The notes beneath the pieces are model-generated. The model was not told the DNA's origin. It did no database searches and saw only the letters and a list, made by a program, of their open reading frames with translations. The position numbers and the translations under genes were made by a program. Below, one piece after another: positions 17,273 to 27,092 of a DNA stretch of 64,000 nucleotides. Every line of letters starts with the position of its first letter. The first letter of the stretch is position 1. The stretch covers positions 6,560 through 70,559 of the forward strand of contig DASXYP010000084.1 in NCBI GenBank assembly GCA_036502405.1, given 5' to 3'. The stretch is from Acidimicrobiia bacterium. GTDB taxonomy: Bacteria > Actinomycetota > Acidimicrobiia > IMCC26256 > JAENVU01.

Positions 17273-17393
17273 GCCGGTCCCCCCGTCGTCGTGGACCGCA
17301 CCCTATTCACGCCCGCATCGGGCATGTGGCAGCGTGGAGACATGAGCGCAGGCCGGAGCGGGCACGGAGCGAGCGGAACGGCGGAGCGGGATC

Positions 17394-19142
17394 GTGGCTG
17401 AGCTGGTGATCCGGAACGCGACGATCGTGGACGGGACGGGGGCGCCGCCGATCCGCGGCGACGTCGCAGTGACCGGATCGGTCATCACCGCGGTGGGCGA
17501 GGTCGACGAGCGTGGCACCCGGGAGGTCGACGCCGACGGGCTCATGGTCACCCCCGGGTTCGTCGACATCCACACCCACTTCGACGGCCAGGTCACCTGG
17601 GACCCGATCGTCGCGCCCTCCTCCATCCACGGCGTCACCACGATCGCGATGGGCAACTGCGGTGTGGGCTTCGCCCCGGCCCGGCCCGACCGCCACGCCT
17701 GGCTGATCGGCCTGCTCGAAGGGGTCGAGGACATCCCCGGGACCGCGCTGGCCGAGGGCCTCACGTGGGACTGGGAGACGTTCCCCGAGTACCTGGACGC
17801 GCTCGACGCCAAGCCCCACACGGTGGACCTCGGTGCGCACATCCCCCACGCCGCGCTCCGCACCTACGTGATGGGCGACCGCGGCGCCGACCACACCGAG
17901 GCCCCGACCGACGACGAGCTGGCGCACCTCGCCGCGCTCGTGGGCGAGGCGCTCGACGCCGGGGCCATCGGGTTCGCGACCTCGCGCACCGAGGTGCACC
18001 GCACCAAGGACGGCGCCAACATCGGCACGCTCACCGCGAGCGAGCGCGAGCTCCTCGCGATCGCCGACGTGCTGGCCCACTCCGACCACGGGGTCACCCA
18101 GCTGATCTCGGACTGCTACCAGACCGCCGACGACGAGTTCGCCGAGTCCGAGCTCCGGCTCATCGAGGCGTTCGCCCGCACCTCGAAGCGGCCGGTCTCG
18201 TTCACCGTTCAGCAGGCGTACCACTCCCCCGACCGCTGGCGGAAGATCTTCGACCGGGTCGAGGGCATGCGCGCGGACGGGCTGGACGTCAAGCCTCAGG
18301 TCGCGCCCCGGCCGATCGGAGTCCTGCTCGGCCTCGAGGCCACCGCGAACCCATTCCTGTTCACGGCGAGCTTCGACGAGGTCGCGCGGCTGCCGCTGGC
18401 CGAGCGCGTCGTCGCGCTGCGCGACCCGGAGCGCCGGCGACGGATCCTCGAGGAGCACACGGCGCTGATCGGCGGGCTGCCCGACGGCCTCTTCAAGCAG
18501 ATCTCCGGCGGGTTCGACGTGATGTTCCCGCTCACGGACCCGGTCGACTACGAGCTCGACGCGGACTGGTCGTTCGGCGCCCGGGCCCGGGCGGCGGGTG
18601 CGGAGCCCGCGGCGATGGTCTACGACGCGCTGCTCGAGCGCGACGGCCACCAGCTGCTCTACCTCCCACTGTTCAACTTCGCCCACGGCAGCTTCGACGA
18701 CATCTTCGAGATGATCTCGACCCCGTTCGCGCTGTTCGGCCTCTCCGACGCGGGCGCGCACTGCGGTGCGATCTGCGACGCGAGCATGACGACCTCGTCG
18801 CTCGTGGTCTGGGCCCGCGACCGCAAGCGCGGCGCCCGGCTGCCCGTCGAGCAGGTCGTCCACCAGCAGACGCAGCGCACCGCACGCCACGTCGGCTGGC
18901 TGGACCGCGGTGTCGTGGCCCCGGGCTACCTCGCCGACCTGAACGTCATCGACTTCGACGCGCTCGGCTGCCGGCCCCCACACCTGATCTACGACCTGCC
19001 CGCGGGCGGGCGGCGGCTCATGCAGGAGGCGGTCGGCTACCGCATGACGGTCAAGGGTGGCGTCGTGACGTTCGAGGACGGCGAGCCGACCGGCGCGCTC
19101 CCGGGTGGGCTGCTGCGCGGGACCCGCCCCGAGCCCACCTGA
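17394..19142 (+). CDS. N-acyl-D-amino-acid deacylase (D-aminoacylase) family amidohydrolase
   Basis: IRNATIVDGTGAPP...GDVAV and PGFVDIHTHFDG metal-binding motifs. The 582-aa size is typical of the family. Confidence 0.9.
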   Translation: MAELVIRNATIVDGTGAPPIRGDVAVTGSVITAVGEVDERGTREVDADGLMVTPGFVDIHTHFDGQVTWDPIVAPSSIHGVTTIAMGNCGVGFAPARPDRHAWLIGLLEGVEDIPGTALAEGLTWDWETFPEYLDALDAKPHTVDLGAHIPHAALRTYVMGDRGADHTEAPTDDELAHLAALVGEALDAGAIGFATSRTEVHRTKDGANIGTLTASERELLAIADVLAHSDHGVTQLISDCYQTADDEFAESELRLIEAFARTSKRPVSFTVQQAYHSPDRWRKIFDRVEGMRADGLDVKPQVAPRPIGVLLGLEATANPFLFTASFDEVARLPLAERVVALRDPERRRRILEEHTALIGGLPDGLFKQISGGFDVMFPLTDPVDYELDADWSFGARARAAGAEPAAMVYDALLERDGHQLLYLPLFNFAHGSFDDIFEMISTPFALFGLSDAGAHCGAICDASMTTSSLVVWARDRKRGARLPVEQVVHQQTQRTARHVGWLDRGVVAPGYLADLNVIDFDALGCRPPHLIYDLPAGGRRLMQEAVGYRMTVKGGVVTFEDGEPTGALPGGLLRGTRPEPT

Positions 19143-19218
19143 CCGACCCCCACCCCGCGCCGCCGCGGCGCCGGGACCGAACGGGACGGCGGGCGCGCCC
19201 GCGCGGCAGACTGCCGCC

Positions 19219-21507
19219 ATGGTTGATGCATTCGGTGGGGTGATCGGACCGAGCTGGCGCGAGTCGACGCCGTGGTGGCCGCCCGACCCGCAGGCTCCCC
19301 CGGGCGCCCCCAACGTCGTGCTCGTCGTGCTCGACGACGTCGGGTACGCGCAGCTCGGCTGCTACGGCTCGGACATCGCCACGCCGAACATCGACGCGCT
19401 CGCGGCCGGCGGGGTCCGCTTCGCCAACTTCCACACCACCGCGCTGTGCTCGCCGACCCGGTCGTGCCTGCTCACCGGCCGCAACCACCACTCGAACGCG
19501 ATGGCCCGCGTCGCCGACCTCGCGGTCGGCTACCCCGGCTACTGGGGTCGCATCCCGCGCCGCAACGGGTTTCTCTCCGAGACCCTCGCCGCCAACGGGT
19601 ACGCGCCCGTCGCGGTCGGGAAGTGGCACCTGACGCCGGAGGACGAGACCCACGCCGCCGCGCCGCGTGAGAGCTGGCCGGTCGGGCGCGGGTTCCAGCG
19701 CTGGTACGGGTTCCACGGCGGTGAGACGCACCAGTTCGTGCCGAACCTGTTCCAGGACAACACCGCGGTGCTCCCGCCCCGCTCGCCCGAGCAGGGGTAC
19801 CACCTGAGCGAGGACCTCGCCGACCGGGCGATCCAGTACCTCGGCGAGATCCGGGCGGTCGAGCCCGACCAGCCGTTCTTCCTGTACTTCGCCACCGGCG
19901 CGTGCCACTCGCCGCACCAGGCGCCGCCCGAGTGGATCGAGCGCTACCGCGGCCGGTTCGACGGTGGGTGGGACGCGTGGCGGGAAGCGACCTTCGCCCG
20001 GCAGCAGGCGATGGGCCTCCTGCCGGAGGGCACCGAGCTGTCACCCCGGCCACCGTGGGTTCCGGCGTGGGACGACCTCGCGCCGGCGGACCAGGCGGTC
20101 GCCGCCCGCTTCATGGAGTGCTTCGCGGGTTTCCTCTCGCACGCCGACGCGCAGATCGGGCGGGTGCTCGCGTTCCTCGAAGCGCTCGGCGAGCGCGACG
20201 ACACGATCGTCGTGCTGGTGTCGGACAACGGTGCGAGCGCCGAGGGCGGCGAGCGGGGATCGATCAACGACGCGCGGCTCTGGAACGGGATCCCGGCCGG
20301 CCGCCGCGAGCTGCGCGAGCGCGTCGGCGAGCTGGGCACGCCGACCGCACACAACAATTACCCGTGGGGCTGGACGATGGCCGGCAACACGCCGTTCCGG
20401 CGCTGGAAGCGCGAGGTGCACGAGGGTGGGGTCGCGGACCCGTGCATCGTGTCCTGGCCGCGCGGCATCGAGGCACGGGGCGAGATCCGTCACCAATTCG
20501 CGCACGCGATCGACGTGTTGCCGACGCTGCTCGACCTGATCGGTGCCGAGGCACCGGACGAGCTGCGCGAGATCCCCCAGAGCCCGATCGAAGGCAGCAG
20601 CTTCGCCGCCACGCTGCACGCGGCGGACTCGGCCGAGCACCGCACGACCCAGTACTTCGAGATGCTCGGCAGCCGCGGGCTCTACCACGAAGGGTGGAAG
20701 GCGGTGACCTTCAAGCCGCTCGGGCAGATGTACGGGGACGGCATCGACCCCGACGCGCCCTTCGAGGACGACGTCTGGGAGCTGTACCACGTCGCCGAGG
20801 ACTTCTCGGAGTGCCACGACCTCGCGGCGCGGGAGCCGGAGCGGCTCGCGGCCATGGTCGACCGCTGGTGGGACGAGGCGCGCCGCTACCAGGTGCTCCC
20901 GCTCGACAACCGCCCGGTCGCGGCCCTCCTCGCGCCGCGCCGCCCGTTCGACGACCGCGACCGGTACGTCTTCTGGCCACAAGGCGCGCCGATCCCCGAG
21001 AACGTGACAGTGAACGTCCGCAACCGCAACCACACGATCACCGCGGAGGTCGAGGTGCCCGAGGGCGTCGTGCCCGAGGGGGTCCTGCTCACCATGGGGA
21101 CGGTGCTCGGCGGCTGGTCGCTGCACGTGATCGACGGGACGCTCCGCTACGTCCACAACTTCGTGGGCAAGGAGCGGTACACCGTCACGTCGGACGTCGT
21201 GGTGCCGCCCGGCCGCCACGAGCTGCGGTTCGCGTTCGAGAGCCGGGGGGACTTCAGCGGCGTGGGCCGGCTCCTCGTCGACGGCGCGGTCGTCGGTGAG
21301 GGCGAGATCGCCACCACCACGCCGGTGCGGTACTCGATCAGCGGCGCGGGGCTGACCTGCGGTTGGGAGCAGGGCCCGCCGGTCGGCGAGGGCTACGCCG
21401 CACCGTTCCGGTTCACCGGCACCCTGCACCGGGTCGTGGTCGAGGTGGACGGCGAGGGCCACCGCGACCCCGAGGCGGAGTTCGAGGCCATCATGTCGGA
21501 GCAGTGA
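19219..21507 (+). CDS. Arylsulfatase-family sulfatase (Cys-type) with a C-terminal extension domain
   Basis: VVLVVLDDVGYAQLGCYGS and ALCSPTRSCLLTGRNHH (C-x-P-x-R), then GKWHL. ATG 19219 was chosen because the upstream part of the track ORF overlaps the D-aminoacylase gene. Confidence 0.9.
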   Translation: MVDAFGGVIGPSWRESTPWWPPDPQAPPGAPNVVLVVLDDVGYAQLGCYGSDIATPNIDALAAGGVRFANFHTTALCSPTRSCLLTGRNHHSNAMARVADLAVGYPGYWGRIPRRNGFLSETLAANGYAPVAVGKWHLTPEDETHAAAPRESWPVGRGFQRWYGFHGGETHQFVPNLFQDNTAVLPPRSPEQGYHLSEDLADRAIQYLGEIRAVEPDQPFFLYFATGACHSPHQAPPEWIERYRGRFDGGWDAWREATFARQQAMGLLPEGTELSPRPPWVPAWDDLAPADQAVAARFMECFAGFLSHADAQIGRVLAFLEALGERDDTIVVLVSDNGASAEGGERGSINDARLWNGIPAGRRELRERVGELGTPTAHNNYPWGWTMAGNTPFRRWKREVHEGGVADPCIVSWPRGIEARGEIRHQFAHAIDVLPTLLDLIGAEAPDELREIPQSPIEGSSFAATLHAADSAEHRTTQYFEMLGSRGLYHEGWKAVTFKPLGQMYGDGIDPDAPFEDDVWELYHVAEDFSECHDLAAREPERLAAMVDRWWDEARRYQVLPLDNRPVAALLAPRRPFDDRDRYVFWPQGAPIPENVTVNVRNRNHTITAEVEVPEGVVPEGVLLTMGTVLGGWSLHVIDGTLRYVHNFVGKERYTVTSDVVVPPGRHELRFAFESRGDFSGVGRLLVDGAVVGEGEIATTTPVRYSISGAGLTCGWEQGPPVGEGYAAPFRFTGTLHRVVVEVDGEGHRDPEAEFEAIMSEQ

Positions 21508-21541
21508 GCGAACGAACCGACCGCGCACGGAGGGGGACCTC

Positions 21542-22690
21542 GTGACGATCATCGACTCGGACCAGCACCTGGTGGAGCACCGCGGCCTCTGGGAGGACCA
21601 CGTCGACCCGGCCGACCGCGACGACGCGATCCGCTTCACGGACGACGCGGCGGGCAACACCTGGGTGACGTGGCGCGACGGACGGCTCGGGCTGGCCGAG
21701 GTGCAGACGCCCGGCGACACGTCCACCCTCGGCGAGCGCCACAACCGCGTGCGGCGGGGTGACGTGGCCGAGCAGCACTACGACGACGTCTTGCCGCGCG
21801 ACCACTGGGATCCCGCGGCGCGCCTGGACCGTCTCGCCGGTCTCGGGCTCGACGAGGCGGTTCTGTTCCCGAACTACGGCCTGTTGTGGGAGCGCTCGCT
21901 CTCGGCCGCGCCCGCGGCGATGCTGGCGAACATGCGGGCGTGGAACCGCTGGTGCGCGACGGTCGCGAGCGAGGGTCGGGGCCGGCTCCACCCGGTTGCA
22001 CACCTGTCGCTGCGCGACCCCGAATGGGTCGAGGCCGAGCTGCGCTCGCTGGCCGCGGCGGGCGTGCGGGTGGCGATGATCGCCCCCGCGGTCGTCGACG
22101 GGAAGCCACTGTCGCACCCGGACCTGGACCGGGTCTGGGGCGCGTTCGTGGAGCACGGGATCAGCCCGGTGTTCCACGTCGCCGACCAGACCCGTCCGTT
22201 CGACGACGCCTGGTACACGGACTCGGAGGACGCGTTCGTACCGGTGCTCGACTCCGTGTTCCTCTCCACCGCGGCCGCGCTGGCCTGCACGGACCTCATC
22301 GTCAACGGGGTCCTGGAGCGCCATCCCGACCTGCGGCTCGGCATCGTGGAGCTCTCGGCGATCTGGGTGCCGATGTACCTGCTCATGCTCGACGGCGGGG
22401 TGGACTTCACGACCCGGCTCAACGGCTTCGCGCCCGCCGAGCTCTCGTTGCGCCCGAGCGAGTACTTCCGGCGCCAGGTGCGGGTCTCGTCCTTCTCGTA
22501 CGAGCTCCCCGAGCAGCTCCGCCGGCAGCTCGGCGGCGCGGACCTGCTCATGGCGTGCAGCGACTACCCCCATTCGGAGGGCACCGCGACGCCGATCGAC
22601 GACTACGCGGCCACCGGGAAGTACGGCACCGACGCAACGCGCGCCCCCGGCCTCTTCCACGACAACGCCGCCTTCCTGCTCCGCCGCTGA
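21542..22690 (+). CDS. Amidohydrolase_2 family metal-dependent hydrolase
   Basis: GTG start with a strong SD GGAGGGGG. IIDSDQHL N-terminal motif and C-terminal CSDYPHSEG. Confidence 0.85.
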   Translation: MTIIDSDQHLVEHRGLWEDHVDPADRDDAIRFTDDAAGNTWVTWRDGRLGLAEVQTPGDTSTLGERHNRVRRGDVAEQHYDDVLPRDHWDPAARLDRLAGLGLDEAVLFPNYGLLWERSLSAAPAAMLANMRAWNRWCATVASEGRGRLHPVAHLSLRDPEWVEAELRSLAAAGVRVAMIAPAVVDGKPLSHPDLDRVWGAFVEHGISPVFHVADQTRPFDDAWYTDSEDAFVPVLDSVFLSTAAALACTDLIVNGVLERHPDLRLGIVELSAIWVPMYLLMLDGGVDFTTRLNGFAPAELSLRPSEYFRRQVRVSSFSYELPEQLRRQLGGADLLMACSDYPHSEGTATPIDDYAATGKYGTDATRAPGLFHDNAAFLLRR

Positions 22691-22698
22691 CGCGGCGG

Positions 22699-23595
22699 TC
22701 AGGCGGAGCTGAGGGCGGCGAGCATCGCGGTGGCGAAGCGGTCGGGGGCCTCGACCATCGGGTAGTGGCCGATGTCGTCGAGGGTGACGAGCGGGGCCTC
22801 TCCCCGAAGCTCGTGCAACCGCGTCGCCATCGGGTAGCGCGCCACCGGGTCGAGCTTCCCCCAGATGACGTGCAGCGGCGACGGGTGCTGCTCGATCCCG
22901 CCGGTGAACCGGGACTCCTCGGCCCTACGGTCCTCGATGTAGCGGATCGTCCGGGCGAGGAGCTGGTGCCCGTCCTGGTACGAGGCGAGCTCCCAGAGCG
23001 CGTCGAGCTCCTCCGGGTCCGCGTCCTCAGGACGCGCGAACGTGCCCGCCACCCCACCCTTGAACCCGACCGACGGGTCGATGCCGAGCGCCGCGAGGTC
23101 GAAGCGGGCGTCCTCGGCGGCGAGCAGGGCCTGCTGGCCGTCCGTGAGCTGGACGAGATCCATGTAGATGCTGCCGTTGGAGATGATCCGGCTCGTCACC
23201 TCGAACCCGAGCGAGCCCTCCAGCGACCGGGTGAGCAGCTCGCCGCCGACCGAGTCGCCGAGGTCGTGGGTCGCGAGCACGACCCGATCGAGGCCCGCGT
23301 CGCGCGCGACGGCCTCGGCCGTGTCGGCGTAGCCCCGGATGCTGTAGCGGACGTCCGGCTTGTCGGACAGCCCGAAGCCGAGGAAGTCGAAGAGCACGAC
23401 GCGGCGTCCCGCGGCCCGGACCGGCTCGATGACCTCGCGCCAGTCGAACGAGCAGGTGGGGAACCCGTGCAGGACCAGGAGCGGGTCACCGGACTCGGCT
23501 GCGGTCGCGGGCGCGTCGAGCACGAACACCTCGAGGTCGTCGACCGTGATCCGGTGCCCACGCGCCGACCACTCGGCGACTGCCTTCGAGACCAT
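22699..23595 (-). CDS. Alpha/beta hydrolase, epoxide-hydrolase/haloalkane-dehalogenase-like (Asp nucleophile)
   Basis: HGFP oxyanion motif and THDLGDSVG in place of G-x-S-x-G (Asp-type nucleophile elbow). ATG 23595 is preceded by SD AGGAGAGAAG. The upstream part of the track ORF is low complexity. Confidence 0.85.
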   Translation of the reverse strand: MVSKAVAEWSARGHRITVDDLEVFVLDAPATAAESGDPLLVLHGFPTCSFDWREVIEPVRAAGRRVVLFDFLGFGLSDKPDVRYSIRGYADTAEAVARDAGLDRVVLATHDLGDSVGGELLTRSLEGSLGFEVTSRIISNGSIYMDLVQLTDGQQALLAAEDARFDLAALGIDPSVGFKGGVAGTFARPEDADPEELDALWELASYQDGHQLLARTIRYIEDRRAEESRFTGGIEQHPSPLHVIWGKLDPVARYPMATRLHELRGEAPLVTLDDIGHYPMVEAPDRFATAMLAALSSA

Positions 23596-23612
23596 GGCTT
23601 CTCTCCTGTTCA

Positions 23613-23632
23613 GAGGGCGCGGGCGCGCCCTC
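23613..23632. promoter_or_regulatory. GC-rich palindrome in the divergent hydrolase / SDR intergenic region
   Basis: GAGGGCGCG-gg-CGCGCCCTC (9-bp arms), 18 nt upstream of the minus-strand ATG at 23595. Confidence 0.3.
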
Positions 23633-23701
23633 GGGCGGTGAGCGCGATCGTCGCGGGCGACTCTACGGGGCCGCCTCCCGCCGGTACGCGAAACTCCGGC
23701 G

Positions 23702-24466
23702 ATGACCACGCTCCCCGCGCCCGAGCGCCAGTTCCGCCTCGACGGGCGCGTCGCGCTGGTGACGGGCGCGTCCTCCGGGCTGGGCGACCGGTTCGCCCGG
23801 GTCCTCGCGGCGGCGGGCGCCGAGGTCGTCCTCACCGCCCGCCGCGCCGACCGGCTCCGGGCCCTCGCCACCGAGATCGGGGCGATCTGGTCCGCCGGTG
23901 ACCTCGCCGACGCCGGCTACCGGGAGGAGCTGGCGGCGTTCGTCGGGCAGGAGCACGGCCGGCTCGACGTGCTGGTGAACAACGCGGCCACCAACGACGA
24001 GGAGCCGCTGGAACGGGAGTCCCTGGACCGGCTCCGGGCCGTCGTCGAGCTCAACCTGGTCGCGGTCATGGACCTGTGCCGGCTGACCGCGCCGCTGCTG
24101 TTCGCCAGCCCCGCGGCGTCCGTGGTCAACGTCTCGTCGATGTACGGCGTCGTCGGCTCGCGCGGCCCCATGACCGCCTACAACGCCACCAAGGGGGCAC
24201 TGGTGAACCTGAGCCGGCACCTTGCGGCGCAGTGGGGCCGGCACGGCGTGCGGGTCAACGCGCTTGCCCCCGGCTACTTCGCGACCGAGATGACGGACGA
24301 CTTCGCGGACCCGGACTTCGTGCGGGTGATCGAGGAGCGGACGCTGCTGCGACGGGTCCCGCGTCCCGACGAGCTCGACGGTGCGTTGCTCTTCCTCGCG
24401 TCCGACGCGTCGACCTACATGACCGGGCAGACGCTGGTCGTCGACGCGGGCTGGACTGCGGTCTGA
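23702..24466 (+). CDS. SDR family oxidoreductase
   Basis: TGASSGLG, NNAA, and YNATK (Tyr-x3-Lys). Confidence 0.9.
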   Translation: MTTLPAPERQFRLDGRVALVTGASSGLGDRFARVLAAAGAEVVLTARRADRLRALATEIGAIWSAGDLADAGYREELAAFVGQEHGRLDVLVNNAATNDEEPLERESLDRLRAVVELNLVAVMDLCRLTAPLLFASPAASVVNVSSMYGVVGSRGPMTAYNATKGALVNLSRHLAAQWGRHGVRVNALAPGYFATEMTDDFADPDFVRVIEERTLLRRVPRPDELDGALLFLASDASTYMTGQTLVVDAGWTAV

Positions 24467-24495
24467 CGCGGCGGCCGCGCTGCGAGGCCGGCGCG

Positions 24496-25194
24496 CTACG
24501 CCGCCGGGTTCAGCTGCACGTCCATCGCTGCACCACCGCTCGTCGGCAGCGCGAGCGCCTGGCCGTTGACCTGGACGTCGACCATCCCCGGATTGCCCAG
24601 GCGCAGGGTCATCGGGCCCGAGCCCGGGATCGCCTTCGAGTCCCCGGACTGCAGGGTCGTCGTCACGAGCACGGTCTTGTCCGCCCCTTCGGCCTGCATC
24701 CAGCACGCGCCGCGGGCTGCCACCGTCACGGTGTAGGCCCCGGCGGGCATCGAGACCGTGACCGTCCCGCGGGTCAGCGGGCCGACCGTCAGGGCCGGGG
24801 CCACGGTCGTCGTGGTGGTCGACGTCGAGGTCGACGAGGAGGTCGACGGGTGGTCCACCGCCTGGCCCTTCCCTCCGGACCCGCCCGACGAGTCGCTCTG
24901 GTTCAGCGCGAGCACCACCGCGGCGACGACCGCGACCACCAGCAGGCCGCCCCCGAGGTACATCCACATCCTGGAGGTGCGCTCCGAGGTGCCCCGGGCC
25001 GCGGGGAGGCTCGGCACCGACACGGGCGCGGTCGCGCGTTCACCTGCCGGCGCCTGGGCCGCGCTCGCGGCGATCCGCAGCGCCTCGAGCTGGCGTTGCT
25101 GCGCGTCGACCGAGTCGCGCGCCTCACGCCCCCGGCGACGGGCCACGACGGTCGCGATCACCGAGAGGACGAGAAGGACGACGAGGAGCCACAT
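24496..25194 (-). CDS. Membrane-anchored protein with Ser/Thr-rich linker and a DUF4115/RodZ-C-like beta domain
   Basis: ATG 25194 (MWLLVVLLVLSV) gives an N-terminal TM helix, with a second TM helix mid-protein. A poly-S/T linker is followed by the C-terminal VQVNGQAL motif typical of DUF4115. Confidence 0.55.
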   Translation of the reverse strand: MWLLVVLLVLSVIATVVARRRGREARDSVDAQQRQLEALRIAASAAQAPAGERATAPVSVPSLPAARGTSERTSRMWMYLGGGLLVVAVVAAVVLALNQSDSSGGSGGKGQAVDHPSTSSSTSTSTTTTTVAPALTVGPLTRGTVTVSMPAGAYTVTVAARGACWMQAEGADKTVLVTTTLQSGDSKAIPGSGPMTLRLGNPGMVDVQVNGQALALPTSGGAAMDVQLNPAA

Positions 25195-25359
25195 GGTTCC
25201 ACCCGCGATATCACGCAGGCCCCGAGAACGGAAGGCAATCGGGGTGCCTTGCATCGAGCGTTGACGCGCGGCCTAATGGGTATGGCGCAACATCCGACCT
25301 GGTGTGCCATGCGCCACCGGCGGGCTGGGGTACACGACCACGCCGAACGGAGGCTTCTG

Positions 25360-25896
25360 ATGAGCAAGATCGATCCCGGCCTGCGGCGGGAAGATCCCGG
25401 GTCCGAGCCGGACGGGGCGCAACCGCCGCCGACCATCCGCATCAACCCCGTGGGTGGCGCCCGCGAGGTCCAGGCGTTCGCCCGCCTCGCCGCGGTCGTC
25501 GACCGCGCCGGCACCGTCGAGGTCCCTCGGATCGAGAGCCCGGAGCCCGAGGCCGCGATCCACGTCCACACCCGGGCCCCCGAGCCCAGCGGCTCCGCGA
25601 CCCGGATCCGCCAGGAGGCGTTCGCCGCGCTGGCCCGGGCCGAGGCCGAGCACACGGCCGCGCTCGAGCACTCCCGGAACTGCTGGCAGGACGTGCACGA
25701 CCGAGAGCAGCAGACGGCCAGGATCGCCGAGGACGAGGCCGCGGCGCTGCGGACGTTCGAGCTGCTGCGCGAGAGCCGGCGCAGCTCGGAGCGGGCAGTT
25801 CGCCAGACGCGCGTGGACAGCGAGGAAGCGAGCCGGCGCTGCCTGACCACCGCACGGATCCTGGAGGAGGCGCGCATGCGCGCCGACCGTCTCTGA
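25360..25896 (+). CDS. Hypothetical protein (C-terminal Arg/Glu-rich helical region)
   Basis: ATG 25360 with SD GGAGG 7 nt upstream. High GC3 in this frame. The rest of the 606-aa track ORF upstream is low complexity. Confidence 0.55.
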   Translation: MSKIDPGLRREDPGSEPDGAQPPPTIRINPVGGAREVQAFARLAAVVDRAGTVEVPRIESPEPEAAIHVHTRAPEPSGSATRIRQEAFAALARAEAEHTAALEHSRNCWQDVHDREQQTARIAEDEAAALRTFELLRESRRSSERAVRQTRVDSEEASRRCLTTARILEEARMRADRL

Positions 25897-25915
25897 GGTT
25901 GCGGTGAGGGTCCGC

Positions 25916-26383
25916 TCAGTCGGCCCGCACGTCCGCCCACGTCGACTCGACCGCGTCCACGATCTCCGGCACTGCGGCGCGCAGTGCGTCGGCGTCGCTC
26001 GCGAGCCATGGCGCGTCGCCGACGTCTGCCCCGCAACGTTCGAGCAGCGCAACGAGGTCGCGCAGCTCGCCCGCCAACCACGCGGCCGGATCGCGCTGGA
26101 TCGCCTCGTCCCAGTGCCGGTCGCACGGTTCGATGCCCTCGAAGCGCGGGTGGAAGTGCGCGCTCTTCAGGTTCCCGGCCGGCGAATCGGTCTGGTCGAA
26201 GAGGTCGGCCCGGAACACCGGCTGGTCGAGGACGACGCGTTCGGCGGCGAACCGTGACCCGCGCTTCGGCTCCAGGCCGAGCAGCCGGACCTCGACCCGG
26301 GCTCCCCGCTCGGGTGGGGTCATCGGCTCGTGCCACGGCCCGACCAGCACCGCGATCCCCTCGAACACGTAGGCGTTGCGCAT
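25916..26383 (-). CDS. Hypothetical protein
   Basis: Non-repetitive 155-aa ORF with coding-like composition, 27 nt downstream of and co-directional with the Erm-like gene. No family recognised. Confidence 0.55.
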   Translation of the reverse strand: MRNAYVFEGIAVLVGPWHEPMTPPERGARVEVRLLGLEPKRGSRFAAERVVLDQPVFRADLFDQTDSPAGNLKSAHFHPRFEGIEPCDRHWDEAIQRDPAAWLAGELRDLVALLERCGADVGDAPWLASDADALRAAVPEIVDAVESTWADVRAD

Positions 26384-26410
26384 CCATCGACCTCCTCGGC
26401 TCCCGAGACG

Positions 26411-26962
26411 CTACGCCCGTCGCTCGATGCGCAGCACGACGGCGTCGTGCGGGGGCCGGGGGCGGAACGCGGCGCGCGGGAGCCGGGCGACGGTCGCCAC
26501 CCGGAACGTGGCTGCCCAGCGGTGGAACCCGGGCGCCCGTCCGTCGTTCCAGCGCCGGGCCACGTGACGGGGGACGACGAGGTCGGCCGAGACCAGGCGG
26601 CTCCCCGGGCTGAGGAGCCGGCGGATCACCGCGGTCGTGGCCCCGAACGGCGGGTTGGCGACGACCCGGAACGGCCGGCGCGGCAGGCGGAGGTCCGTCG
26701 CGTCGACCTGGACCACCGTGACCGGGGACCCGGTGAATCGTCGCCGGAGTGCCGCGGCCCGCGCCGGGTGCAGCTCGACCGCGATGACCCGGGCACCCGC
26801 CGCAACGAGCGGCGCGGTCAGCGCGCCCGTCCCCGCGCCGATGTCGACGACGAGGTCCCGACGCCGGATCCCGGCCGACGCGACCAGGCGCCGGGCCGCG
26901 GGCTCAGCGAGCTGGTGCCATCCCCAGCACCGGTCGCCGGCGGGCCGCGCCGAGGCGGCCAC
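26411..26962 (-). CDS. Short rRNA adenine N6-methyltransferase, Erm(37)-like (lacks the C-terminal RNA-binding domain)
   Basis: GTG start. WGWHQL N-terminus, SAM motif VVDIGAGTGALT and catalytic VVANPPFG. Only 183 aa, as in the truncated mycobacterial Erm(37) type. Confidence 0.75.
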   Translation of the reverse strand: MAASARPAGDRCWGWHQLAEPAARRLVASAGIRRRDLVVDIGAGTGALTAPLVAAGARVIAVELHPARAAALRRRFTGSPVTVVQVDATDLRLPRRPFRVVANPPFGATTAVIRRLLSPGSRLVSADLVVPRHVARRWNDGRAPGFHRWAATFRVATVARLPRAAFRPRPPHDAVVLRIERRA

Positions 26963-27045
26963 GGAGCACCATCACCATGGTCATCGCGACATTCTCATCC
27001 GCGCGGCGCGCCCCGCACCAACGATTCACCGCGCGGGCTCCTCCC

Positions 27046-27092
27046 CCGTTTGTCCGATTCCCGCTCACTGTGCCCCGTCTTCGGACAAACGG
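27046..27092. promoter_or_regulatory. 12-bp perfect inverted repeat (23-nt loop) between the PhyH and Erm-like genes
   Basis: CCGTTTGTCCGA (27046-27057) and TCGGACAAACGG (27081-27092). It overlaps the PhyH stop region and abuts a strong SD on the minus strand. Confidence 0.5.

Noticed and set aside
24076-25896. 606-aa plus-strand ORF spanning the SDR 3' end, the DUF4115 gene (antisense) and the small hypothetical gene.
   Set aside because: Only the last ~178 codons (from ATG 25360, with a GGAGG SD) look coding. The upstream part is low complexity and overlaps two better-supported genes.
26904-27029. The 41-codon upstream ORF ahead of the Erm-like gene, considered as an annotated CDS.
   Set aside because: It is kept only as a hypothesis in the findings. 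It overlaps the erm coding start in another frame and has no recognisable conservation that I can assess, so it is not listed as a feature.
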